DNA of 64,000 nt from Carpediemonas membranifera BICM (Eukaryota; Protista; Fornicata). Where the stretch lies: the NCBI GenBank assembly GCA_019828565.1, contig JAHDYR010000013.1, forward strand, positions 62,001 through 126,000, written 5' to 3'. Below, one piece after another: positions 29,917-42,100 of the stretch. The translations under genes were made by a program, and so were the position numbers. Numbering within the stretch: the first letter of the stretch is position 1; each line of letters opens with the position of its first letter. The notes beneath the pieces were generated by a model that worked only from the letters and a program-made list of their open reading frames with translations, was not told where the DNA came from and did not search any database.

Positions 29917-31002
29917 ATGGCTTCGCGTCTTTCCAGGCTCCACGGAACCGAGTATGATCGGAGCCACTGTTCATTCTTTCAGAAAACTGGCGCATGTCGC
30001 CACGGAGACAAATGCAGCAAGAGACACATCCGCCCCGTGCTGTCGCAGACGATCAGCATGTTCGGACTGTATCCGACGCCCGAGCACGAGAGTGAGAACC
30101 TTCTCCCGGATGTTTACCTGAAAGAGCACATCGACAAGTACTACGAGGACCTGTTTCTCGAGCTGATGAAGTATGGACAAATCGACGAGCTTCACATCGC
30201 CGCAAACCTTTGCGAACACCTCCTGGGCGGTGTATTTGTCAAGTTCATCGACGAAAATGACGCCGAGAAAGCGCACCAGGATCTGAATCGGCGTTTCTAC
30301 GAGGGCAAGGCTATCGTGGCGCAGTACAGTCCCGTCACGAACTTCAGGGTCGCTCGTTGCCAGCAGTTCGAGGAGGGTGGGTGCAGCAGAGGCGCAGAGT
30401 GCAACTATCTCCATGTACGGCAGCCGTCGCCCGAGCTGGCCGAGTCCCTCTACCGTTTCAACCGGGAGTTCTGGGCGGCCTACAGAAAGGAGCACGGGCT
30501 TCCCGAGCCCGTCATTCGGTCCCAGCCCCAGCGGAGGCGGGCAGAGGGCCGGGACGGCAGGGGGGACCGGCGGGACTTCGGCCGCAGAGACGACAGGTGG
30601 GATCGGAGGGAAAGGAGGGACGACAGAAAAGATGATAGGAGAGACGGCAGAAGAGACGAGAGAAGAGAGGACCGACGCGATGATAACCGTGGATACAGGC
30701 GGGATGACAGAAGAGACGACCGAAGAGAAGATCGCTGGGGAGACCGGAGAGACGACAGACGGGACTACAGACGGGACGATTCTCGTCATGACCGTCCCGA
30801 CTTTAGGCGCGATGATCGTGATCGCGAGGGCCGCTGGGGCTCCCGCGGTTCGTACGACCGGTTTGACCACGGGGACAGGTGGCGCGATGATAGGCGTGAC
30901 GACCGCCCAAGCCACTGGGATGATAACCGCGGCAACAGGCCGGACGACCGGCGGGGATGGGATGACCGGCGGGAGCCTCGGGATAGGCAGGAACGGTGGT
31001 AA
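29917..31002 (+). CDS. U2AF1: Splicing factor U2AF small subunit (U2AF35)
   Basis: CSFFQKTGACRHGDKCS CCCH finger, UHM, SPVTNFR, second CCCH finger and an Arg/Asp-rich tail. Confidence 0.92.
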   Translation: MASRLSRLHGTEYDRSHCSFFQKTGACRHGDKCSKRHIRPVLSQTISMFGLYPTPEHESENLLPDVYLKEHIDKYYEDLFLELMKYGQIDELHIAANLCEHLLGGVFVKFIDENDAEKAHQDLNRRFYEGKAIVAQYSPVTNFRVARCQQFEEGGCSRGAECNYLHVRQPSPELAESLYRFNREFWAAYRKEHGLPEPVIRSQPQRRRAEGRDGRGDRRDFGRRDDRWDRRERRDDRKDDRRDGRRDERREDRRDDNRGYRRDDRRDDRREDRWGDRRDDRRDYRRDDSRHDRPDFRRDDRDREGRWGSRGSYDRFDHGDRWRDDRRDDRPSHWDDNRGNRPDDRRGWDDRREPRDRQERW

Positions 31003-31003
31003 A
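30999..31003 (+). terminator. Example of recurrent GTAAA putative polyadenylation signal
   Basis: GTAAA overlaps or closely follows many stop codons (15265, 30999, 33533, 37651, 46937, 62744). Confidence 0.65.
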
Positions 31004-31085
31004 TGGCCAGTTTATATGGATAATATGTGTACGGTAGACAGTGGGGTGGGTAAAATTGACATTATGTAACACGTAAAGCGGATTC

Positions 31086-33536
31086 ATGCCCAGGACAAAT
31101 AGCGCTATGCAGACACTGCTTCAACAGGCCTGGGCTGCATACAGCAACAGGCAATACAACATCTCACTGAGCTATCTCAGCCAGATCCTTGCTAACTGGC
31201 CTCGTAGCTGCCCTAACGCGGTACGTACAGCGATGGGTCTCTGCATGCTTCAGCTGCAGCCCAAGGACGCGGTCCACTTTGCTGATAGAGCTCTCGAGGT
31301 TCAAAAGGATGATCCGTATGCGCTAATGTTGAAGGCGCTCTGCATCATCGCGACGCCGTGGTATGAGCCCCACTCGATCTCAAAGGCCATCAGCCTCGTC
31401 GGTGCAGCCATTGCAGGCGTCGGTAGCGACATCTCCAACATCGGCAAGCTCCTGGAGACGTCTATGCTCACCCGATGGGGCATCCTGTCGAACTCGTTTG
31501 ACCAGAACGTCGCCTCGTCCCTCCTCGCCATGCTCAAGAACGCCCTCGGCACGACCACCAACCAGGACGCCGACGCATACATTCACTACGTCACCGGCCT
31601 GGCCCACCACATCGCCGGCCGCCCCCAGCAGGCGCTGACGAGCTACTCCCTCGTCGCCAAGAAGCTTCCCTCCCCCACCGACCCGCGCGCCGCCACTGTC
31701 GCCGTGCGGATGGCCCAGTGCTACGTGATCGTCGGCCAGTACCGCCAGGCGTTGGACGCGCTGCCCAAGGAGCGGACCCAGGAGCGCGGCGTTGTCGAGG
31801 CCGTCATCCTCGGCCTCCTCGGGCGGACGGACCCCACTGTACGGGCAAGAGCGAAGGAGGCGCTGGACACCGCCACACACGTCCAGCCCCGGTCGACCCT
31901 GCTTCATCTCGTCCAGGCGACTCTGCTGGTGGAGTCAGACCCCAAGGGTGCGCTTGAGTCGTATCGACTCGCACTGCAGACTAACGACCTCACAGTCAAG
32001 GCGGGGTACACGTCCGCCGAGTTTGACGCGGCGACGTACCACAACATCGGCTGCCTCGAGCTCCACTTCGCACAGGGCCAAAACAAGAGGGCGGCCACAG
32101 ACAGAGCCCGGGCCCTGCTGCTGCGGTCCCTGAGTGTGTGCCTCGGCCAGCCCATCGCCATGGCCGACCTGGCCGAGATTCGGCTGGACGCCCACCTGAG
32201 CACCGTCCCGACGTACTACGCCATCGGGCTCAGCCTCGAGGCCGACCGGCGGCTGAAGGAGGCGCTGGGGCTGTACGGCGCGCTGTTCAGGGCAGTGCCC
32301 GCGCTGTTCGAGGCGCTGGTCCGTATCGCGTTCATCACGCTGGAGACGGGCCAGCCCCGGAAGGCCATGGACATACTGGGGCACGCCGCGGAGTGCGCCA
32401 GACGGGCCGGGCGGAAGGCGTTCCTGCCGATGTACTGCAAGGCCGAGATCGCCGGGCGGAACGGCCTGTGGGAGGAGGCAGAGACCGTCGCAGACGCCCT
32501 GCTGGCCGAGACGGACGCCGAGCACCGGTCGCACGCCATGGTGCTGAAGGGGTGCATCATGTACATGCGGATGTCGTACCAGGAGTTCCCCGAGGCCCTC
32601 GAGGCCAGTGCCCGCCACCACCGCGTTCAGAGGCAGACGACGGCGGACCAGGCGACCCTAGACATCGCCGCACAGCAGTTCCGCGCGGCCAGGGCCAAGG
32701 CTCTCGCCACCGCAGACCAGGCGACGACCCAGTTCCGGCATGTGTTGGAGCAGCTCGACAAGGGCCACATCGCTGCGGCCAACGGCCTCATCATCGACAT
32801 GATGCGGGCGGGTAACTTCGCCCCGCAGCCCCGCGTCGCGACACTCTTCGGAGACCTGTTTGAGGCATCGGGTAGCACCTTTGTCGACGCCCTCCTCAAC
32901 GAGGCGCACACGCGGCTCTGCCTGCCGCACCAGGCGCCCCGGGCCCTCGCCCTCTACCGCCAGGCCCTAGCCCTACCCGGGTGCCGGGTCAGCCGCGGGA
33001 CTCTGCTGCACTGGATCGCGACGGCGTGCTACGACAGCGGGGACCACTCGGGGTGCCATGCGGCGCTGCTGGACGCCCTGCACCTCGAGCCGGAGAATCT
33101 GAACACACAGTTCGACGTCTGCATCAACCTGATGATGCTTGCCAAGGCTGCCGTCCGCGGGCTCCTCCGCGTCGAGATCCGCGTGGAGTTCGCCGAGGTC
33201 GGCGCCCACACCGTGCCAGTGGGCGGGTTCAATGACGTCGAGGCCAACAAGGCCGAGGAGATCCCTGCCCCGCAGGACCTGTTCAAGCTGTCGAGTCTGC
33301 TGGCCCACTCGCTGACGATGCTGGCTGCTATCGAGGCAGAGGTCGCCCTCGAGACCTACACGGGCGCCATCTCCCCTGACGTCATCCAGCGCGTGCGGAA
33401 GCAGGTCGGGAAGTTCCTGGCTAAACTGCGGCCGTGGTCGACGCGGGTGGAGTTCGGGGGCCGGTCGTTCGTCCCGGCCGTGGAGCTCGAGCGGGCCATC
33501 GGGAAGCAGGGCAGGATGCGGAGGCTCAGACTGTAA
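31086..33536 (+). CDS. TPR protein, Ctr9 (Paf1 complex)-like
   Basis: TPR helices; CPNAVRTAMGLC and IAAANGL resemble Ctr9. Start may be 31107. Confidence 0.62.
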   Translation: MPRTNSAMQTLLQQAWAAYSNRQYNISLSYLSQILANWPRSCPNAVRTAMGLCMLQLQPKDAVHFADRALEVQKDDPYALMLKALCIIATPWYEPHSISKAISLVGAAIAGVGSDISNIGKLLETSMLTRWGILSNSFDQNVASSLLAMLKNALGTTTNQDADAYIHYVTGLAHHIAGRPQQALTSYSLVAKKLPSPTDPRAATVAVRMAQCYVIVGQYRQALDALPKERTQERGVVEAVILGLLGRTDPTVRARAKEALDTATHVQPRSTLLHLVQATLLVESDPKGALESYRLALQTNDLTVKAGYTSAEFDAATYHNIGCLELHFAQGQNKRAATDRARALLLRSLSVCLGQPIAMADLAEIRLDAHLSTVPTYYAIGLSLEADRRLKEALGLYGALFRAVPALFEALVRIAFITLETGQPRKAMDILGHAAECARRAGRKAFLPMYCKAEIAGRNGLWEEAETVADALLAETDAEHRSHAMVLKGCIMYMRMSYQEFPEALEASARHHRVQRQTTADQATLDIAAQQFRAARAKALATADQATTQFRHVLEQLDKGHIAAANGLIIDMMRAGNFAPQPRVATLFGDLFEASGSTFVDALLNEAHTRLCLPHQAPRALALYRQALALPGCRVSRGTLLHWIATACYDSGDHSGCHAALLDALHLEPENLNTQFDVCINLMMLAKAAVRGLLRVEIRVEFAEVGAHTVPVGGFNDVEANKAEEIPAPQDLFKLSSLLAHSLTMLAAIEAEVALETYTGAISPDVIQRVRKQVGKFLAKLRPWSTRVEFGGRSFVPAVELERAIGKQGRMRRLRL

Positions 33537-33742
33537 AGTTTGTGTGGTGAAATTGTCGACAAGTTGAGCATGGAGGACTCTACCCGTCAACAATTCCCAG
33601 TGGGTGCAATCTGCAAGGGTTGACTCGAGTAGAGCCGTGGAGAAAATGAAAATGGCCGGGCACAAGCTGCCCAAGCGAAGCTCACACAGGCGTTGGCCAG
33701 CCTGACTACCCCTTCCTGGGATCGGTTGCAAAACCCGCCAAG

Positions 33743-34862
33743 ATGGCCACGATCAAGGTTGCAAGCACCGACGATTGGAAGGATGATGCTTTTGAGCGTC
33801 TCCGTGCCGGTAGGCTTGTTGCATTCGTACGTACCGAGCTCCATTTCTCTCACCCAGCCCACAGAGACCGTATACGGGCTCGGGGCCCATGCAAAGGACG
33901 AGGCTGCTGTCCGTCGCATCTTTGAGTACAAAGGACGCCCTCTTGATGACCCAGTGATCGTTCACGTCCACTCTGTTGCCGCTGCACGAGCCCTTGTGGA
34001 CTTATCAGATGACGAGTCCGTTGTTTTCGAGGCCCTCGCCTCCTCGTGCTGGCCTGGCCCTCTCACTATCGTAAGCACAGCCCAGCCCGACGTACCACTC
34101 GTAGTGCGGGCAGACGGCCCCACTGTGGGCGTCCGGGTCCCCTCGAACTCCACTGCCCGCGCCCTTCTCGAGCACACCAACGTCCCCATCGCCGCCCCGT
34201 CCGCAAACACGTTCGGCCACGTCAGCCCCACCACAGCTGACCATGTTTTCGCGGACCTCGGCAGCCACGACATCCTGATCATCGACGACGGCCCCTGTGA
34301 TGTCGGAGTCGAGTCGACTGTGGCCCGAGTCCACAACAGGGCCGTGACAGTCCTCAGACGCGGGGGGACATCGGTAGAGGCACTCAAGGCGGCAGTGGAG
34401 ACGTGTCCGTGGGCAGTTGAGGTCAGCGTCAAGGTCGGTGTCGGTCCATCGTCGCTGGCACCTGGCCAACACCTCAAGCACTACGCCCCCGGCAACGCTC
34501 CTGCTTTCGTGGTTCGCTCAGAGGCTGAGGTTGAGATCGTAGCGGAGTCTGTGGCCGTACCTCTTGGCGAGTGCGGCGTGCTCGACATTGGAGGGAACCT
34601 CGCCGGACTCCGCGGCAGAGTCAGGCATTACCACGACCTGACTGCCGAGGGCGACACTACTGTGGCTGCTAGAGGTATATATGCCGGACTGCGAGGACTT
34701 GAGGCCCATGCGCTGTCTGCCATCCTCCTGCCAGACGTTAGTGGGCTCGCGAGCTCGCTTCATGGACCCGATTCAAAGTCTCTCGACGACAAGCTGTTCA
34801 GGGCAAGCCAGGGCCGGTATGCTATGATCAGGAGCGGCAGTGCCATCACTGACGTCCAGTAA
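33743..34862 (+). CDS. SUA5: Threonylcarbamoyl-AMP synthase Sua5 (1 intron)
   Basis: LVAF|PTETVYGLGA is joined across a 31-nt intron at 33827-33857; KGRP, WPGPLT, AAPSAN, GVESTV, APGQHLKHYAP. Confidence 0.93.
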
Positions 34863-34924
34863 TAACCCCGGTAAATTTATTTTGAGGGGCGCTTTACCAA
34901 GCGAGGCAAAGGGGATCTGAGTTG

Positions 34925-36697
34925 ATGGATATCCCAGCATCAGGCAGGCTGTGGCGCTGGTTGGGGGATCGGACCAGTGATCTGGAGTCGACGCTCGAGT
35001 CATTATCATCACACACTTCATCACACATGTTACGGCGCCTTTTCGGCGGTGATAGGGTAACGGAGACAACGCTTTTCTCTCTCATTGATGTATATCGCGA
35101 ATCAGTCAGCGCAACAGCTCATATTCCGGGAAATATTCCGTCGATACTCCGCGAAGCCATCTTCACATGCTTGGAGGACGAGTTAGATAGAGATCAAGGG
35201 CGTGTAGGATCAATATCTCACGTGAAGCTGCTTGAAATGCTCGACGGTCTTCCCCGCTTGCCTCGAAACATCCAATCGTACCTCGATCATACAACCGCCA
35301 TCCTCACTAATGGCCCGGAGCTAAGCATGAACGTACCGCTCCAAGACGGCGAGGCTCTCCCCGAACGCTTCCACACGCTGCTCCAGGGGACCATCTGGGC
35401 CGTGTTGATGCAAGCCTCAGCCGACCCTGACCTACTCGATACAGAGGACAAGTCCGGCACGCAGTACGACGTAGAGGACAAGGGGCTCTGGTTTATGTGC
35501 AAGAAGACGTTCTTCTCCCACCAGGTGGCTCAGACTGACGGCCTCGTGTCTCCGGGGGCCGCGGGTACATCGTACATGCGCATGTACGCCGGGAAGCTCT
35601 TTTCCAGATATCCGGATAGCGATCTGGCGGAGTACAGAAGGATGCGGTGCCCCCCAATCATCGATCTTGCCACAAACGACGGAGAAACATGCGTCGCAAT
35701 TACACCAAAGGGCCTCTACGGCGTCGGCTGGAATGAAAACAGGAACCTAGGCTTCGTTGGAGGCGACTCCGACGGCTACGTTCACACGCCGGCCCGACTA
35801 ACCTTCACGCACTGCCCAGAGGTCCAGCGGTTCGAGCAGGGGCTCCCACCCTGGGGAAAGGACAGGCTGGCGGTCAACGTGTGTGTCAGCTTCTTGTCCA
35901 CTCTGATCCAAACTCCTGTGGGCGTGGTTATGGCGGGACTAGACGCCAAGAGGTTTGTGGGGTCCGTCACTGAGCCACTAGCGTTCAATCCACTGCCTCT
36001 GCCTGCCCGTTTTGTACCAGATCACATCATGGCTGATAATGCGGTCGTAATACTCACTTCAGGCAGGACCCAGCTCATTGGGGGACAGAACGGTCGGGGC
36101 CAGCTTGGAGTCGGGTCGACTGACCCCTTCATCCACTTCACCCGTCTGCCGTTCCACGTCGACAGGGTCATTAGCGGCGGGGTCGACCCCGAGACCAATG
36201 GCATGTTCGACGATGATGCCGGTGAGAGCAATTCGAATGTTTTCATTGGCCGCGGCCATCTTTTGTTTGCGGGCGAAGTTCCACCATGCATTGGAGCAGC
36301 AGGTCTCCTCCCCGGCTTCTCAACCCGGGACCTCTGCGACACGGCCCGCCCCCTTGCCATCCGGACGCCAGTGTCAGGCATTGTGTATGACTCGTGGCCC
36401 GGCACTGAGAGTCTCTTCATCTGGATCACGGAGGGCAGGACATACTGCTCGATCAGTGTAGGCGACGAGTGCGCTGTGGCTGTTGCTCCCTTTGAGGCAA
36501 GTGAGATCCAGCTTGTTGACGAGAGGTTCGGGCTGATCGTGCGAGATATGGACGGCGTTTGGTTCCATATGAATAGCACTGTTGTCAACAATGTCAGCAG
36601 ATTCGAAGCCGCGTTTATGATGCCACAGACCCCTGAGCGGGTTGAGTACAACGTGGACCGGTGGAGCAGGGGCACGTACAGTCTTTCGGGGCTCTGA
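34925..36697 (+). CDS. Hypothetical protein with RCC1-like blades
   Basis: GWNENRNLG and GQNGRGQLGVG motifs; GTAAA after the stop. Confidence 0.6.
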   Translation: MDIPASGRLWRWLGDRTSDLESTLESLSSHTSSHMLRRLFGGDRVTETTLFSLIDVYRESVSATAHIPGNIPSILREAIFTCLEDELDRDQGRVGSISHVKLLEMLDGLPRLPRNIQSYLDHTTAILTNGPELSMNVPLQDGEALPERFHTLLQGTIWAVLMQASADPDLLDTEDKSGTQYDVEDKGLWFMCKKTFFSHQVAQTDGLVSPGAAGTSYMRMYAGKLFSRYPDSDLAEYRRMRCPPIIDLATNDGETCVAITPKGLYGVGWNENRNLGFVGGDSDGYVHTPARLTFTHCPEVQRFEQGLPPWGKDRLAVNVCVSFLSTLIQTPVGVVMAGLDAKRFVGSVTEPLAFNPLPLPARFVPDHIMADNAVVILTSGRTQLIGGQNGRGQLGVGSTDPFIHFTRLPFHVDRVISGGVDPETNGMFDDDAGESNSNVFIGRGHLLFAGEVPPCIGAAGLLPGFSTRDLCDTARPLAIRTPVSGIVYDSWPGTESLFIWITEGRTYCSISVGDECAVAVAPFEASEIQLVDERFGLIVRDMDGVWFHMNSTVVNNVSRFEAAFMMPQTPERVEYNVDRWSRGTYSLSGL

Positions 36698-37084
36698 GGG
36701 CGATTGAACGGTAAATAGTCCAGTCAACCCCGCAGTTAACCGCTGCAGACTCAATATTGAGAATGGGGATTCTTAGCTGGTGATCCCGATCCATAAAGCA
36801 TGGTGTCCGAGGGATGGCTTCTGATGGCTGGGGCCCTTGATGGCCACCGGCTCTGTTCTGGCAGTAAATATCTTGCGCGTAGTCATGTCAGGATGTCCAT
36901 TGGTTGTCAGCTACCGATTTGGCCCTTCATTGGCCTCCTTTTAAGTTTTGACCAATTTCGACACGGCAAGCAAAGAACCTCCTTTGGGCCTGTCTTAGTT
37001 CTTGAGTGGATTCATGTTCGTTTCAACAGCACGATAGACTGACGTGGAAGGACGAGCTGCCCTCTGCAATGAGAATCCTCGTGA

Positions 37085-37654
<570 letters not shown>

Positions 37655-37740
37655 ATCAACGGTCGCTGCCGAGTCAGTTTAACTGAGACATATTTAGTAT
37701 CGTATCGTACCGACCAACCGCCTGTCACACGACGTCGGAG

Positions 37741-37968
37741 ATGGCCATAGAGCTCGAATTCATCAGAAAGGGCGAAGAATTCTGCAAGATCACTGTTCCA
37801 GAGTCTTGCTCGTTTCATGTTGCCGTCCGCTTCAATTGTGAAAGCCTGCAACTCGATCATTTGGCCGTGGAGCCCCGGAAATACCAAACGAAGCTTGACG
37901 ATGAAACACGAGTTGGTGACCTTGTTCGCTCTTGCGGCACAAGTTCCTTCGAACTGATCAAGAGATGA
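37741..37968 (+). CDS. Small Ufm1-like ubiquitin-fold protein without C-terminal Gly
   Basis: TVPESCSFHVAVRFNCE and VGDLVRSCG..FELIKR align by eye with Ufm1 SVPESTPFTAVLKFAAE and AGNVFLKHG..LRIIPR. Confidence 0.5.
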   Translation: MAIELEFIRKGEEFCKITVPESCSFHVAVRFNCESLQLDHLAVEPRKYQTKLDDETRVGDLVRSCGTSSFELIKR

Positions 37969-38168
37969 GCTCTTTCCACACGAAGCCCGCCGTCGCCCAA
38001 GTGTGTCGAATTTGGTCAGACTCCCGAATGGAGGTGGAAAAGGCCCAACATGCCGTGAGGCAGGGTAGTGATGCATACTGATGCACCAAAAGTCAAAAAC
38101 AAATCCTATAAAATATTTAGAACACATGAAGAAATCTGGGCAGTTGTGTCTGCCCATTTCGAGTCACC

Positions 38169-38969
38169 CTAACGTATCAACGAGAATACCTTCTTGTCCG
38201 GAAGTCTTGATTCACTCAGTAAGAAGTCATATCCACTCAATCTCGGGGGTGCCTTTGGCAGATGCGGAACCTTAGCCGATCGTCCAATAAACCGCTTCGT
38301 CGTGACAATATCATATCCCCGCTCATACACTGGCACCCATCGCTCAGGCGCCGGGGAGACCACCGAGAATCGACCATGGACGCCCGGGTCGCGAGACGGG
38401 TCGGACCGTGAATGCATCGTGTGGCTCTGGGGGGTGGGCTGCCTCGCTGGACGGGGTGAGGGGCCGTGTCCCGTGGGGTTGGCGATGTTGTAGTGGTTTC
38501 CTTCGGCAGCAGCCATTGTCGGCGGGAGTCTGGAGTGCATATCGCGTTTGATTGACTCGCGCCGAGACTCAGAAAGCCTCTCTGTCCGCTCAGCGTCTGC
38601 CCCCATGAACTCACCACGGGAGGGGTCGAATGACCGGATTTGACGGGCCCGCTGTCTCCGGTCCTCGAGATCTGCCTGGCGCTCAGCCTGGTAGTTCGCC
38701 TCAATCACCTTGGGTGACGGTCTACTGCGCCTCTTCTCCATCTGGCTGCGGGCTCGTGGCGTGGCTGTGGCAATTGGTGGAAGGTAGTAGCTCTCCTCAT
38801 CGTCGGCGACACCGAGAACACGGTACTTGGAATCCTTGTATAGAGAGCACACTGAATGGGTGCGTGCTCCTAGTGGGTCCCTTGATGCATTGTGGAACAT
38901 ATAACCAAGGTTGTCGTGGTTTCTAGCGTGTGATTGGCGCGTTTTGGTAGCCAAAGGTCCCATACGCAA
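38169..38969 (-). CDS. Hypothetical protein (only plausible minus-strand host gene)
   Basis: 266 aa ORF filling a gap with no long + strand ORF; short YNI/YDI motifs; start uncertain. Confidence 0.55.
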   Translation of the reverse strand: MRMGPLATKTRQSHARNHDNLGYMFHNASRDPLGARTHSVCSLYKDSKYRVLGVADDEESYYLPPIATATPRARSQMEKRRSRPSPKVIEANYQAERQADLEDRRQRARQIRSFDPSRGEFMGADAERTERLSESRRESIKRDMHSRLPPTMAAAEGNHYNIANPTGHGPSPRPARQPTPQSHTMHSRSDPSRDPGVHGRFSVVSPAPERWVPVYERGYDIVTTKRFIGRSAKVPHLPKAPPRLSGYDFLLSESRLPDKKVFSLIR

Positions 38970-39174
38970 ACGAGTTGGTGTTTATGGTCAATTCAAGGTG
39001 TTCCAAGGTTGGTGCAGTTTATGTAAACGACGGCAGGACGTGTGCGGACACCAGCAGGCCCTCGCCCTCGCCCTGTATTGCCCTGACCATCCTTGCTCGT
39101 CCAGCATGAAAAGAAAATAACTCTTCGCAGAGTTGGCAAAACTCCACACAAAACGGCCGAACGCACTGTCCACA

Positions 39175-42100
39175 ATGTCCGATTCAGATTGGGATTTTGA
39201 CAGTGAAAGTGACGGAGGAACCAGTAATATACCGCTGCAAAGCCATATCCGCATGACGGACGGTGATGAGAAATTCGTTATGCCAAAAGATCATCGTTTT
39301 CAGAGCTCCAAGACGGCTGCAATCAACCGGATCAACTATCCCATGTCCTCTGTGATGAAAAGCCTTCCTGAGCCTTCAGGCAGCAACTCAAAAGGCCAGC
39401 TTGAGCTGGAACGCTGGCTCACCGACATTGTAGCCAAGCACTCGAATCTCACGTCCCTAGAACTGATAACGTCGTGGAGCACTCAGTACAACATCCAATA
39501 CTCCCCCGCCTGGTGTGAGTTGTACCTCCAGTACATATACTCACACTACATCCGGGGAAAACACTCGGCGGCAGGGGGCAAGCTGCTGGATTTCTTCCTC
39601 TCAAAGGATAGTATCAAGACACTGCGGCCCTACGACGACCCCAGCGACGTGCTAGACACTGAAGAGCGTCGTCTGCTATTTGTATCCACGAATTCGATTC
39701 TCAACATCGCCGCCCGCCTCTGGATCCCCGGCGAGTGGAGCCGTTTCAACACCATGCTAACCCTAGCAGCCGAGCGTATTGTCCCAGGCGTGCACCGCTA
39801 CCTCTACCTCGTCCAGCTGGCGACCCTCGCCCATCACGTTGGCGCACTGAGGTCTGCCGGCCTTATGAGCGGGGTCCTCCCCGCTATCGTCCGCATGGCG
39901 GAGTACTATACGATATCTGCCCGCCAATACCTCGAGACGCACACAAAGACGGCCGACGCAACTGAGCTTGACTCGCACGACGACTTTGAATCATCCGATG
40001 AGCTGGATTGGGAAACAGACAGCAACGAGGGCAACGACAAGACGGCAGAGAGGAACATATACGCCTCCCCCTTCCACCAGGTCGAGGACGAGGCAGTGGA
40101 GATCGGCCTTGGTCTCTTCATCCTTCTCTCCCTCCTACAGGACGTATCACCCCTCACATGCGACCCCATGCCCTCCCACGAGGACGATGAGAGCGACACG
40201 GAGACCGGCGACGGGGCCAGCACCTTTGGAGACGCCGACCCCCTGCCCCTCTACCTCACTGATGACGAGCTCGCCCAGCACATGAACGCCGAGGTCCTGG
40301 CAGAGGTCGACGAGAGACTCCGGGCCCCATGCTACGACCCTCTGGCCGATGACGTCACGCAGACCCAGCTCGCGGTCCTGGGCAGTATTTACGATCACAT
40401 GCCGCCGTGCGAGGTCAAGTCCAAGGTCGCCATGCTCCTCGGACGCATCGCCGTGGCCGAGCACCAGCCGACTGTGGCCGAGTCGTACTACTACGAGGGC
40501 CTGGTCGTGCTGGACGCCATCCCCCACGGCCCAATGGCGCCCATCCTCACGGAGCTCGGGCTGAGACTGCTCATGGGTTATGCAGAGGTCACTGCCGCAC
40601 TGCAGAAGTACAAGTACAGCGTCGTGGCGTATGAGTCGGCGGCCATGCTGCTCCACATACGGCAACAGCTCTCGGGCGAGCTGGACGACAACGTTGAACT
40701 CGATCGCCTCCACCGCGAGCTCGCAGCGATGTGCCGTGGGGCCAACGACGTCCCCCGCGCCACTCGGTACTACGCCCACGTCCTGGCCAAGGCGGAGTCA
40801 GAGGGGCGGTTCATTGTCGCGGGCTGCACTGCTGACATCCTCTCAGACATCTTCAGGGACAAGAGCGACTTCACCACTGCCGAGCAGTACCTGAGGCTGG
40901 CAGTAAGGTTCCTAGGGTCAACGCTGCTCGAGGAGCCGGACGAGGCGAGCACCAAGGCCCGCGACGACATCTCCCGGTCGTCGGGGTCGTCCCGGTCGTC
41001 TAGGACAGATTCCTTGGTCCGGACTCGGTCGAGGAGGGCCCACAGACTGTCGCTGTCCTCAGACTCTAGCGCTAGTGGGGCTGTGATCGTCCATAAGACG
41101 TCTGGCCTCTCCTCGCAGCAGCAGAGCGCCTACATCAAGCTCGCACACCTGCAACTCGACTCCCTTAAGTTCCACAAGGGCCTCACACAGCTGTTCGCAC
41201 TCGCCAAGCAGCCCCTTCCTACCACACAGCTCCTATCGATCCATTTCCAACAAGCTGAGGGTTACCTTAAAGTGCGGGATATGACACGTGCCCGGACGAT
41301 GCTGATGCGGATCGACGGGTCGCTGAAGCTGAGGACGAACAACGTCTCGCAGACAGTGGGGGCTACGGCCACCCAGTCACAGCGGAGCAGGGCTGGTGCG
41401 AGTGCCGACTCGGTTACGAGCAGGAACAAGGTGCGGTTTAACCTGCTGTGTGCTAAGTACTTCAGACTGAACGGTCGGGCAGCGGAAGCGTTGACTTTTG
41501 TTGACTACACGTATGATGAGGCCGAGGCTCAGCCTGGTGTGCTTGCCTATAAGCGGGCCAAGATCCTCGGAGACGTGCTCGTCAACAACACTAGCGAGAA
41601 CATCGCGATCAAGCCGCGCTGGATCAGCAACGACCCGGGCCTGCAGTCGTTTGGCTATGACCTCCGGGCCCCGTCGCACTCGACTACGGTGTGCGGGACA
41701 AGGCAGCAGGTCAGGGCAGTGTGTCTCGCAGCGGCCCTGGCGGCAATCAATGAGTTCAGCCACACTGACCACAGCAAGGAGACGGCGGCTACACTGTTTG
41801 CTCTGAATATTGCATTCCCCCTCATCCCAGAGAACCTAAAACTGCCCGACTCAGATGACCCCGTGGTGGACGTCGACCTGACGGCCTTCACCTCAGCCGT
41901 CTACAGCCCGCCGACGCCCCGCCTCGCCATTCCCAGTCCGTTCAGCCGCACCACCCACACCTCCGCCTCCGGGGTGACCGGGCTCAACCCAGACCAACTG
42001 ACCCACGCCGCTCTCAAGGCCCGGTGCAGCAGCACTCTCAGCCGTATCTCCGAGCTCGCCCTGAACCCTCTGGTCCACCTCGAGGCTCTTGAGATGATGG

